Below the pieces are notes generated by a model. The model was not told where the DNA came from. It did not search any database and worked only from the letters and a program-made list of their open reading frames with translations. Below, piece after piece: positions 15,654 through 24,017 of a stretch of 43,886 nucleotides of DNA. This DNA comes from an uncultured Opitutaceae bacterium (GTDB lineage: Bacteria > Verrucomicrobiota > Verrucomicrobiia > Opitutales > Opitutaceae), in contig CAZKDK010000002.1 of NCBI GenBank assembly GCA_964551145.1, forward strand, positions 1-43,886. Direction: 5' to 3'. The first letter of the stretch is position 1. Every line of letters begins with the position of its first letter. The position numbers and the translations under genes are program-made.

Positions 15654-16840
15654 TGCGGGTCCTTGCGGGTGTCGAGCCGGAGCATGTTGAGGAAGAAATT
15701 GGTCATGATCACCTGGCAGCCGAGCGTGAGGCTGAGCGCGCCGGGAATCACCCAGCGCAGCATCTGGCCGGGAACCAGGGGTCCGAATCCGCGCTGGCGC
15801 CAGAGCCAGACGGAAAACACGGACAACCCCAGCCCGGCCGCGACGAGGATCAGTCCGGCAATCGTGCCCGTCTCGAGGGTGACGATCCGGAGCCACCGGG
15901 CGAAGCGCGCATCGGGGGAGCGCAAACCGGCCTGGATCGCGAAGAATTTGGCCAGCACGGAGAACGCGACCGCCTGGAAGCCGACGAGCACGGCGATCGC
16001 CGCGAAGAGCAGCGTGTTGATGTCGAACTCGACGCGGCCGACCCGGAAGGGGCCGGGGAGCAGGGCCGCCCCTGCCAGCAGGCCGGCGGCCATCAGGACG
16101 AGGCCGGGATAGAGGAACAGCCAGCGCGGGCTGAACAGGAGCATGAATCGCAGGTGGCGCCAGCCATCGCGCCACGGCCGGAGATGGGGGGGGCGGCCGC
16201 GGCCGTCCGGCCGCAGCACCGAGGGCACCTCGGCGATGCGCAGGCCGAGCAGCGAGGCCTTGATGATCATCTCCGTGGCGAACTCCATCCCGGTCGTCCG
16301 GAGATCCATCCGCCGGTAGGCCTCGGCCGAGAATCCCCGCAGGCCGCAGTGAAAATCGCCGACCGGCGTGCGGAACAGGCGCCGGCCGATCCAGGACAGG
16401 AACGGATTGCCCAGATAGCGGTTCTTCCACGGCATGGCGCCGTCCGCGATGCCGCCGCGGAACCGGTTGCCCATGACGAGGTCGCTGCCGCCGCGCAGCT
16501 TCTCGACGATCAGCGGAATCTGCCCGAAATCGTAGCTGGCGTCCGCGTCACCCATGACGACGAACCGCCCGCGCGCGGCCGCAATACCGGCCCGCAGGGC
16601 GTTGCCGTAGCCGCGTGGCGCGACAGCGACGACGGTCGCCCCTTCCCGGGCGGCGATCGCCGGTGAATCGTCCGTGCTGCCGTTGTCGGCGACCACGATC
16701 TCGGCGGCGATCCCGCCGTGGCGGACCGCCGTCGTCGCCTCCCGGATGCACGCCGCCAGCGTGCGGGCCTCGTTGAGGCAGGGCAGCACCACCGTGAGTT
16801 CCGGACGCGGGCCGGCGGCGGCATCTAGAGGGGCGGACAT
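15650..16840 (-). CDS. Family-2 glycosyltransferase with C-terminal 4-TM domain (polyprenyl-phosphate sugar synthase type, GtrB/ArnC/DPM1-like)
   Basis: Start is the ATG at 16840-16838 (MSAPLD..); the track start at 16873 is a GTG. Motifs are LTVVLPCLNEARTL, IVVADNGSTDDS, GYGNALRAG and VVMGDADASYD (DxD). Four hydrophobic helices follow (WLFLYPGLVLMAAGLLAGAALL ...). Confidence 0.85.
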   Translation of the reverse strand: MSAPLDAAAGPRPELTVVLPCLNEARTLAACIREATTAVRHGGIAAEIVVADNGSTDDSPAIAAREGATVVAVAPRGYGNALRAGIAAARGRFVVMGDADASYDFGQIPLIVEKLRGGSDLVMGNRFRGGIADGAMPWKNRYLGNPFLSWIGRRLFRTPVGDFHCGLRGFSAEAYRRMDLRTTGMEFATEMIIKASLLGLRIAEVPSVLRPDGRGRPPHLRPWRDGWRHLRFMLLFSPRWLFLYPGLVLMAAGLLAGAALLPGPFRVGRVEFDINTLLFAAIAVLVGFQAVAFSVLAKFFAIQAGLRSPDARFARWLRIVTLETGTIAGLILVAAGLGLSVFSVWLWRQRGFGPLVPGQMLRWVIPGALSLTLGCQVIMTNFFLNMLRLDTRKDPQ

Positions 16841-16898
16841 GCGGACGCCACCCAAGGGGCAATTCGGGGTCACGACAAGCCTCGTGTGTTTCGCGGCC

Positions 16899-19181
16899 TC
16901 ATCCGGGCCGGGATGCCGGGTCGCCCGGGATTCGCCGCCGGCGGCGCGCCAGCACCGCCGGCAGCGCGCATCCCGCCAGGCCGAGCGTCGCGGCCAACGC
17001 CAGCACGCGGTGTGTCGGTTCCGCCCGCTCGGCGCGCAGCTGGGCGAGCCAGCGGCGGCCGAAATCCGCGTCGTCGGTGGCCGCCGGCCGCGCGACGCCG
17101 AGCCAGCCGTGTTGTTCCGCGTTGCCGTCGAAGAGGAACAGCGTCGCCTGCCAGTCCCGGAACGCGGCGGCGTCCACCATCCACATGATGACCGCCTCGC
17201 GGGGCTCGGTGGGCGGGACCTCGGCCGCCCGCCACTGCTCCGCGCCAGTCGCCGGGTTCACGAAGCGCCACCGGATCGCGTTGCCCGGCCAGTTGGGCCA
17301 TCCGCTGATCGGCGTCGACAGATACCGGTGCCGCACCGTCGCCGGGTCGCTGCGCAGGATGCCGGTGAATGCGGTGCGTCCCGCCAGGAGCGTGCCGTAC
17401 CAGTACAGGCGCGCGGCGGCGGGCTCCGTCTCCACCGCGCCGACCACGTCCTCCGGCTGGATCCGCCGGTCGGTGTCGCTGTGGAATACGGGGTCGACGA
17501 ACTCGACCTCGTCCGACGCCGGGGAGTAGGCCGCCTGCCAGCGCTGCCGGATGTCGAACAGGAAGGGCTGCGGCCACGCGAGCCAGGCGGCGGCGGCGAG
17601 CGCGGTGCCTCCGCACCAGGCCAGGAACAGCCGCGGCCGGGTCCAGCCGGAGGGGGACGGCGCCGCGGCCGCCTCCGCCGGTGCCGCGCGGGATCCGCCG
17701 GCCAGGACCAGCGCCAGGCCGAGCAGCGCACCGGCGGCCGCCAGCCAGCGGCCGGCCGGCGGCAGCCAGCGGGCGAGCGCGCCCAGGCGCCCGTAATCCG
17801 CGCGCGCCTCGGCGGCCCCGGTTTCCGGCGGAAGGAGGGCGCGGAAGCGGGGTTTGCCCAGCAGCTCGATCACGGTCGGCGGGTAGGTGTAGAGCGTGTC
17901 GCCGATCTTCTCCTGCGAGAGGGTGGCCGGGTCGCCGGTGGCGAGAAACGCGCGGACCGCGGCCAGGTTCTGCGCGTTGACCGCGGGCCGGCGCTCGAGG
18001 TTGTAGAGCGTGTGGCTGGCGGTCGATTCGTGCCAGAGGCCCGTGGCCGAGATGCCGATCCAGACCGCCGCCAGCACGGCGACCGCGGCCCGCCGGGCTC
18101 GGGCGGGTGCGGCCAGCCAGAGCACGCCCAGGCTCGCGGCGTTCACGAGGTAGCCGAGCGCGAGGAAATCGCAGTAGCGAGAGACAAAGCCGGCCGTGTC
18201 GCCTCCGCGTCCGTAGCCGATCGCGGCGGCCTGCGACGCCACCCACAGGCCCACGGCGAGGAGAAAGGCCTCGTGCCCGGTCCCGCGCTGGCGGCCGAGG
18301 CACCGGCCGGCGAAGACCAGGAACGGGAGGTACATCAGGAAGGCCCAGCCGGGGTGGGGCAGCGGCCAGCCGAGCTGCCGCAGGCAGACGTCGAGCGCCA
18401 CCCGCCAGGTGTCGGCGCTGTGCCCGGCGGTGACCGTCAGCGGCGGGGACAGCGCGAAGAACAGGACGGCCCCGAGCGCGGCCAGCGCGAGGCCGGCCGC
18501 GGCCCCGCGGCGGTCCCCCTCCCCGCGCCGCAGGCGCAGCAGGAGGAGCGGCGCGGCGGCGGCGTACGCGAGCACGCCCGAGTGCTGCGTGAACAGCACG
18601 AGAACGCCGGCCAGCTGTCCGATCCACCAGCCGGGCGAGAAGCCCGGCCGGGCGGCGATGCCCCAGAGGTAGACGAGGGACAGGCCGACCTGGAGGAAGA
18701 CGAGCGACTGAATGCCCCACAGGGTGTTCTCCCACGTGAACGGCAGCGCGAGGACGAATCCGGCGAACAGCGCGAAGACCGCGCCGAGCCGGCGGCCGAG
18801 GGCCGGGGCGGCCGTGCCGAGGAACAGCCAGATCGCGGCGCCGTACAGCAGGGCGTTGACGGAGGTCTCGAGCAGGTTGTTCCACTGGCCGTTCAGCCGC
18901 GCCAGGGCGAACGACAGGAGGCGCGTCAGGACGGGCCAATGGTCGTTGAGCGGGGCGAGGAACGCGTTCCATCCCAGGCGGCCGTCCGCCCACGGGCCGA
19001 GCAGGTCGGCGGCCGTGCTCTTCCACTCGTCGCGGAAGGGGAGGATGGTGCCGTACTCATGGATCAGCTCGAGCCGCCCGCCCGCGGCCAGCAGCGCGCC
19101 GGCAAGGGCGGCCAGCAGCCACCAGCCGCGCCCGCGCCCGGCGGCGTCCGGGGGCGTCACTTGATCTCGATGTCCGTCCAT
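16899..19181 (-). CDS. Large polytopic membrane protein (760 aa) with soluble C-terminal domain and terminal TM + Arg5 tail; putative GT-C-like
   Basis: Start is the ATG at 19181-19179 (MDGHRDQVTPP..GWWLLAALAGALLAAGG). An in-frame GTG at 19160 would instead give a GTGA overlap with the upstream stop. An acidic first-loop motif is present (ILPFRDEWKSTAADLL), followed by many TMs. The protein ends ..AEPTHRVLALAATLGLAGCALPAVLARRRRRIPG. The rest of ORF 16899..21827 is shadow of the next gene. Confidence 0.65.
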   Translation of the reverse strand: MDGHRDQVTPPDAAGRGRGWWLLAALAGALLAAGGRLELIHEYGTILPFRDEWKSTAADLLGPWADGRLGWNAFLAPLNDHWPVLTRLLSFALARLNGQWNNLLETSVNALLYGAAIWLFLGTAAPALGRRLGAVFALFAGFVLALPFTWENTLWGIQSLVFLQVGLSLVYLWGIAARPGFSPGWWIGQLAGVLVLFTQHSGVLAYAAAAPLLLLRLRRGEGDRRGAAAGLALAALGAVLFFALSPPLTVTAGHSADTWRVALDVCLRQLGWPLPHPGWAFLMYLPFLVFAGRCLGRQRGTGHEAFLLAVGLWVASQAAAIGYGRGGDTAGFVSRYCDFLALGYLVNAASLGVLWLAAPARARRAAVAVLAAVWIGISATGLWHESTASHTLYNLERRPAVNAQNLAAVRAFLATGDPATLSQEKIGDTLYTYPPTVIELLGKPRFRALLPPETGAAEARADYGRLGALARWLPPAGRWLAAAGALLGLALVLAGGSRAAPAEAAAAPSPSGWTRPRLFLAWCGGTALAAAAWLAWPQPFLFDIRQRWQAAYSPASDEVEFVDPVFHSDTDRRIQPEDVVGAVETEPAAARLYWYGTLLAGRTAFTGILRSDPATVRHRYLSTPISGWPNWPGNAIRWRFVNPATGAEQWRAAEVPPTEPREAVIMWMVDAAAFRDWQATLFLFDGNAEQHGWLGVARPAATDDADFGRRWLAQLRAERAEPTHRVLALAATLGLAGCALPAVLARRRRRIPGDPASRPG

Positions 19182-21520
19182 GCCGTCCAATCCCATCCGT
19201 TGTCGTGGTGGGGCCCGGGATCGATCTCCAGGCGGAGCTGGCCGCCCGCGACGCCGCCCAGGTCGGCGCGGAACGGGTGGAGGCCGCGGTCGGCGGGATT
19301 CTCCCGCGGCTTCAGCTCCTGCGAGAAGAGCACGGCCTGCTCGCTGCCGCGGTCCCACACGACGCGGAACACGGCGCCGTCGGTCCGGCCCTCCAGGTAG
19401 GCGCCCGCGACGTAGCCGAAGGCGCCGGAGATCTCGCGCGCCCCGCGCGGCACCACGAACACCATCTCGCTCGGCGCATGCAGCACCTCGGCCTTGCGGC
19501 CGTCGATCTCCGCCTCGTTCGGCGCGGCGAAGGCCTGGAAGCTGACGGGGCAGGTCTTGAACATCCAGAACTGCTCCTGGAGCGTGTGCTGGTAAAAGGC
19601 CGCGCCCGCGGTCGAGGGGGTCACGGCGAAGAAGCTGATCCGCGCGCGCGCGGCGAAATACTTCCGGTCCCCCCGCGCCACCGCGACCGTGATGCGGCGG
19701 ACCCACCGGTCGGGCCTGCCGCCGGCGAAGTTCACCAGGTCGGTGACGTCGTTGACGACCGGGTTGAGCATGAAACCGGTCCGGCCCTGGCCGGGCGGCA
19801 GGCGGAACTCGGTGCGGGCGCCGTCCTGCTGTTCGATCACCAGCTGCACGAGCGGCGCCTTGTAGACCAGGTCGCGCAGGCGGCCGAGCCAGGAGTACTC
19901 GAGATCGATCGTCGCCCACACGTGGCGGTCCGCCAGGTCGCCGAGCTCGCAGGGCGCGTTCAGGGCGGTCGCCACGGTGCGGATACGCCGCGGCTCGAGC
20001 GCGGCCCGGTCGGGCGGGGCGGCCCGGCGGCGCCAGAGCTGGAAGCCCTTTTCCGCGAACTGGTACTCGTAGTCGTGGACCAGGAGGTTGAGCAGCCGGG
20101 AATCGTCGAACGCGGCGAGGCGCCCGTCGATGGTCTCGACCTTGAGCAGGACGAATTGCGGGGCCTGCGCCGAGGCGTAGAAGTCCTCGTTGAGCCGGGC
20201 GAGGCCGGGCGTGTAGGCGGAGTAGCTCTGGAAGACCGGCCGCGGGTGGTAGTTGAGTCCGTTGAACAGCGCGAACGCCTGCTCGTAGCCGATCACGTCG
20301 ACCGTGGCCTGCCCCACGGTCTTGCGCACCCGGGGCAGGTCCGCCACCTGCCGCTGTTCGCGCAGCCGCTCGTCGAAGCTCCGGCGGAAGCTGCCCCAGT
20401 GGAGCGCGTGGCTGACATTGTCCCAGAGCTTGTCCTGCATCTGGCTGCCGGCGTACCGGACCACGCCGGGCAGGGCGTCGTAGGTTCCCGCCACGCAGAG
20501 GATCCCGGCCGGCACGAGCAGCGCCCGCTGCAGGCGGCGCCACCGGAGGCCGTCGGCCAGCAGCGCGGGGAACCCGACGACCGGCAGGAGCGCGCAGAAG
20601 AAGAAGCCGATCATGTGGCCGTCGGCCCGGACGAATCCGTGCTTCCAGTTGAGGTAGATCAGGGCGGCGAGGATGCCGCCGTTGGCCAGCGCGCGCGGCC
20701 GGTCCGGATGGCCCCACACGTACAGGACCGCGTAGACGACGAGCAGGACCAGGACGGTCACGCCCTTCCAGAACGCTTCGGGCGGCGTCGACAGTCCCAT
20801 GGCCTCCTGGTAGCCGCTGCTGACCTCCAGCGAGGTCAGGAGGTACCGGGGGAGGTTCAGCGGATTCTGCCCGCAGAGAATCCACACCGCCAGGTAGCCG
20901 CCGGCGAACCAGAGGGCGAGCTGGAGGGCCGCCCGGCGCCGCCCCAGCGCCAGCGCGTGCAGGCCCGCGGCCGCCACGCAGACCGCCGCCAGCATGAGGT
21001 TGGTGAACTTGACGATGGCGAGCAGCGCCAGCAGCAGCGCGAGACACGCGCTGTCGGCGTGGACCGCCTTGTCGGTGCGGCGCACCAGCTCCCAGCCCGC
21101 CAGGGCGATGGCGATCATGTGCAGGGCGTCCTCGTAGGTGACGCCGAGCAGCACGAAGAAGATGAAATAGACGGCCCGTCCCGTCCCGCGCAGGTCGCGG
21201 GCCCCGGCCATGATGAGGCCGGCGAACACCATGGCCGAGAGGACCTGCCAGAGCACCAGGCTGCCGAACTGCAGGCCCGAATAGGTGCGCCCCATCAGGA
21301 ACCCGAGGGGACCGTAGGTGAACACGATGTCGCGCCCCATCTGCAGGCCCTGGTGGAAGAACCAGCCCAGCGCCATGCGCCACGAGGCGTCGAGGTCCGG
21401 CAGCGGATAGCGCGGCAGCGTGACGATGGCCGTCGCGAGGAGAAGCCAGAGCAGGAAGCTGCCCAGCCGGCCTCCGGAGGCGGGGACAGGGCCGGCCGGC
21501 GACGTCGAGTCGGAGGGCAT
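19157..21520 (-). CDS. Polytopic membrane protein (787 aa) with soluble domain and one C-terminal NPCBM-like module
   Basis: Start is the ATG at 21520-21518 (MPSDSTSPAGP..LGSFLLWLLLATAIVTL). The first loop is LPDLDASWRMALGWFFHQGLQMGRDIVFTYGPLGFL, followed by ~12 TMs. The C-terminus is ..VLHAPSEMVFVVPRGAREISGAFGYV..GRTDGAVFRVVWD..LFSQELKPRENPADRGLHPFRADL..GGQLRLEIDPGPHHDNGWDWTAWTDIEIK. Confidence 0.75.
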   Translation of the reverse strand: MPSDSTSPAGPVPASGGRLGSFLLWLLLATAIVTLPRYPLPDLDASWRMALGWFFHQGLQMGRDIVFTYGPLGFLMGRTYSGLQFGSLVLWQVLSAMVFAGLIMAGARDLRGTGRAVYFIFFVLLGVTYEDALHMIAIALAGWELVRRTDKAVHADSACLALLLALLAIVKFTNLMLAAVCVAAAGLHALALGRRRAALQLALWFAGGYLAVWILCGQNPLNLPRYLLTSLEVSSGYQEAMGLSTPPEAFWKGVTVLVLLVVYAVLYVWGHPDRPRALANGGILAALIYLNWKHGFVRADGHMIGFFFCALLPVVGFPALLADGLRWRRLQRALLVPAGILCVAGTYDALPGVVRYAGSQMQDKLWDNVSHALHWGSFRRSFDERLREQRQVADLPRVRKTVGQATVDVIGYEQAFALFNGLNYHPRPVFQSYSAYTPGLARLNEDFYASAQAPQFVLLKVETIDGRLAAFDDSRLLNLLVHDYEYQFAEKGFQLWRRRAAPPDRAALEPRRIRTVATALNAPCELGDLADRHVWATIDLEYSWLGRLRDLVYKAPLVQLVIEQQDGARTEFRLPPGQGRTGFMLNPVVNDVTDLVNFAGGRPDRWVRRITVAVARGDRKYFAARARISFFAVTPSTAGAAFYQHTLQEQFWMFKTCPVSFQAFAAPNEAEIDGRKAEVLHAPSEMVFVVPRGAREISGAFGYVAGAYLEGRTDGAVFRVVWDRGSEQAVLFSQELKPRENPADRGLHPFRADLGGVAGGQLRLEIDPGPHHDNGWDWTAWTDIEIK

Positions 21521-21552
21521 GGGGTGAAGTCTGGAGTCGGGCGGACGGGGGT

Positions 21553-24000
21553 CTAGCGGGAAGTGTCGGCCTGGAGATCGGTCCAGAAGGTCCAGTCGGA
21601 GGCGCCGTTGCCGGCGGGGCCGGTGGTGATGACGAACTCCAGCGTGCTGCCGGCCGGATGCGGCGGCAGGTCCACCGAGAAGGTGTGCACGGGCCGGTCC
21701 TCCGGGTGATCCCGCGGCCGCAGCAGGTGATGGTAGAGGACGACCCGCTCGCCCCGCCGGGGCACCCAGGCCACGAGAAACTCGGCGCCGTCCGTCGGGG
21801 CCGGATTGTCCTGCGCGTACGCGCCATCGCGGAATCCGAAGCCGCCCTGGACCCGCAGGACCTGGTCGGGCAGGCGATAGCTCAGGAGGGAGGGCGCATG
21901 CAGGAAGATCAGCCGGTGGCCCTTGCCCTCCTCGACCAGCGGCTTGAAGGGGGTCTGGATGGTGAGCGGCTGCAGTCCGCTCGTCACGCACGGCAGGCGG
22001 TAGGCGGCCATTTGCTCCGGGGGCACGGCGGCCGCCGCGCAGGTGACGTCCAGCACCGGGCTGTCGCGAAACCTGCCGCTGGCGGTGACGGCCCGGGCGG
22101 ACACCCGGTAGCGGCCGGGGCCGAGTTGGCCAAAGGGGGCGACGAACTGGATCGTGATCTTGCCGGTCGGCTGGAAGCTGGCGGAGTCAACCACGGCGTC
22201 GTTCACCCTCAGTTCCAGGCGCTGCAGGCGGGCGGCCGGGTCGTTTCCGACGATGACAAAGGGCGTCGGCTCGGGCCCGGCCTGGGGCGCCCCGATGAGT
22301 TCGGCGGGCGCCGGGTCGCCCGCCGGTCCGCCCGCGAGGGCCACCGGCGTCCGCCGCGCGGCGTCGCGGATCAGGTGGAGGCGGAACCCCTGGGGGACGA
22401 ACTGGCCCGACTCGGCCTCGACGTAGTTGCGGGCGACGAACGATTCCAGCCGCGGGAACAGGTTCAGCGGATATTTGTGGAAATTGCGGTGAGGGCCGGG
22501 GCTGCAGTCGACGAAGAACGCCGGGCGCCGGGCGTCGAGCTCGGCCAGCAGGGTCTGCATCGTCCCGGGGACGATCGCGTAGCTGGTGTCCCGGCCGGGC
22601 TCCATGTTGGTCCAGGGGATGAGGCCGGTTTGGAACGAGCAGTAGGTGAAGCGCGAGGCCGGGCGGCGGTTGGCGTAGAGATAGATGTCCGGATTGTAGC
22701 CCCAGACGAAGATCCGTTCGCGGGGGGTCGTGAGCGCGTCGATGAACGCGCACGCGCGCATTGCCGGATCGTGCGGGTACTCGTCGTGCCCCCGGTTGGC
22801 GAGCGGGCTGATGATCAGGCTGAGCGCGGTCGCGCCGAGTCCGAGGAAGATCAGGACCGCGGCCGCGCCCGCCGATCGCGAGCGGTCCGGACGCAGGACC
22901 AGCCGGCGCGCGAGCGAGCCCGCGGCGGCCAGCAGTTCGCCGGCGCAGAGGGCAAACGCGGGCAGGCACTGGATGTAGTAGTGTTCAAAGCCCCGGCCGC
23001 TGGCCGCGGCGCCCGCCAGCGACGTCGCGTTCCAGGCGAGGAGATAAAAGACCCAGGGCTGGGTCGCGCGTTCCTCGGGGGTCGGCCGCAGCTGCGCCAC
23101 GCGGAGCAACAGGGCGCCGGCGCCGCCGGCCAGCGCGGCCAGCACGAGCGGGTAGCGCTCCCACAGCCGCCAGAACGGGATGTAGTTCATCACCAGATGC
23201 TGCATGCCCGCGACGTCGGCCCCGTAGTAGAGCAGGTTGTAGGTGCAGGTATAGAAGACCATGTCGCCGAAGGCGCCGTGGAGGGCGAACCAGGCGCACG
23301 AAACGGCGTTGACCACGAGGAAGCCCAGCAGGATGCCGGCGACACCGTGGAACGCGGCGCGCCAGGGCTTCCGGCCCGTGACGGCGAGGAAACCGAGCGT
23401 GAGCAGGGGCGCGGCCAGGTCCACCAGACCCGGCTGCTTCGAGAGCGCGGCGAGGGCGAACAGGCCGCCGGTGATCGCGGGGGCGACGAAGCCGGCCCGA
23501 TCCAGCGTCCGCCAGAACCACCAGGTCCCCGAGGTCGTGAACAGGATCACAAACCACTCGGTATTGGCCGAGTTGCCGTCGGCCGAATAGAGCAGGTTGG
23601 TGGTCAGGGCGCAGAAGACGAGCGTGGCCCAGCCGCCCGCCACGCGGTTCCGGGTGCGGCTTCCGATCAGGAACACGCCGAGCGCGGTGCCGGCGATCAT
23701 CGCCGCCACGACGGCGCGCACGGCCCACAGGTTGTTCTCGCCGCAGAGGCCGAAGATCCCGGCGACGGCATAGTAGGTGAGCGGCGTTCGCTGGTCGACG
23801 GCGTCGCGGTAGAGCACGCCGCCGTGGAGGAGGGTTCGGGCGGCGGCTGCGTGGATCGCCTCATCGACGTTCCACAAAGGCACGCCCAGGGTCGGCCAGC
23901 GGAGGAAGAGGATCCATCCGAGCAGCACGGCGAAAAGCGCGAGGATGATCGCGGACGGCCGGCGGAAGCGGCGGGTGGCAGGCGACGGCGGGGATTCCAT
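21553..24000 (-). CDS. ArnT/PMT-like GT-C glycosyltransferase (815 aa) + Ig-like domain + one C-terminal NPCBM-like module
   Basis: Start is the ATG at 24000-23998 (MESPPSPATRRFRRPSAIILALFAVLLGWILFL). The GT-C-style first loop is LGVPLWNVDEAIHAAAARTLLHGGVLYRDAVDQRTPL, followed by many TMs. The soluble part includes RIFVWGYNPDIYLYANRRPASRFTY. The C-terminus is ..FLHAPSLLSYRLP..GGFGFRDGAY..TDGAEFLVAW..LYHHLLRPRDHPEDRPVHTFSVDLP..GSTLEFVITTGPAGNGASDWTFWTDL. Confidence 0.8.
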   Translation of the reverse strand: MESPPSPATRRFRRPSAIILALFAVLLGWILFLRWPTLGVPLWNVDEAIHAAAARTLLHGGVLYRDAVDQRTPLTYYAVAGIFGLCGENNLWAVRAVVAAMIAGTALGVFLIGSRTRNRVAGGWATLVFCALTTNLLYSADGNSANTEWFVILFTTSGTWWFWRTLDRAGFVAPAITGGLFALAALSKQPGLVDLAAPLLTLGFLAVTGRKPWRAAFHGVAGILLGFLVVNAVSCAWFALHGAFGDMVFYTCTYNLLYYGADVAGMQHLVMNYIPFWRLWERYPLVLAALAGGAGALLLRVAQLRPTPEERATQPWVFYLLAWNATSLAGAAASGRGFEHYYIQCLPAFALCAGELLAAAGSLARRLVLRPDRSRSAGAAAVLIFLGLGATALSLIISPLANRGHDEYPHDPAMRACAFIDALTTPRERIFVWGYNPDIYLYANRRPASRFTYCSFQTGLIPWTNMEPGRDTSYAIVPGTMQTLLAELDARRPAFFVDCSPGPHRNFHKYPLNLFPRLESFVARNYVEAESGQFVPQGFRLHLIRDAARRTPVALAGGPAGDPAPAELIGAPQAGPEPTPFVIVGNDPAARLQRLELRVNDAVVDSASFQPTGKITIQFVAPFGQLGPGRYRVSARAVTASGRFRDSPVLDVTCAAAAVPPEQMAAYRLPCVTSGLQPLTIQTPFKPLVEEGKGHRLIFLHAPSLLSYRLPDQVLRVQGGFGFRDGAYAQDNPAPTDGAEFLVAWVPRRGERVVLYHHLLRPRDHPEDRPVHTFSVDLPPHPAGSTLEFVITTGPAGNGASDWTFWTDLQADTSR

Positions 24001-24017
24001 GGCGGAGCGGTGGGCGA

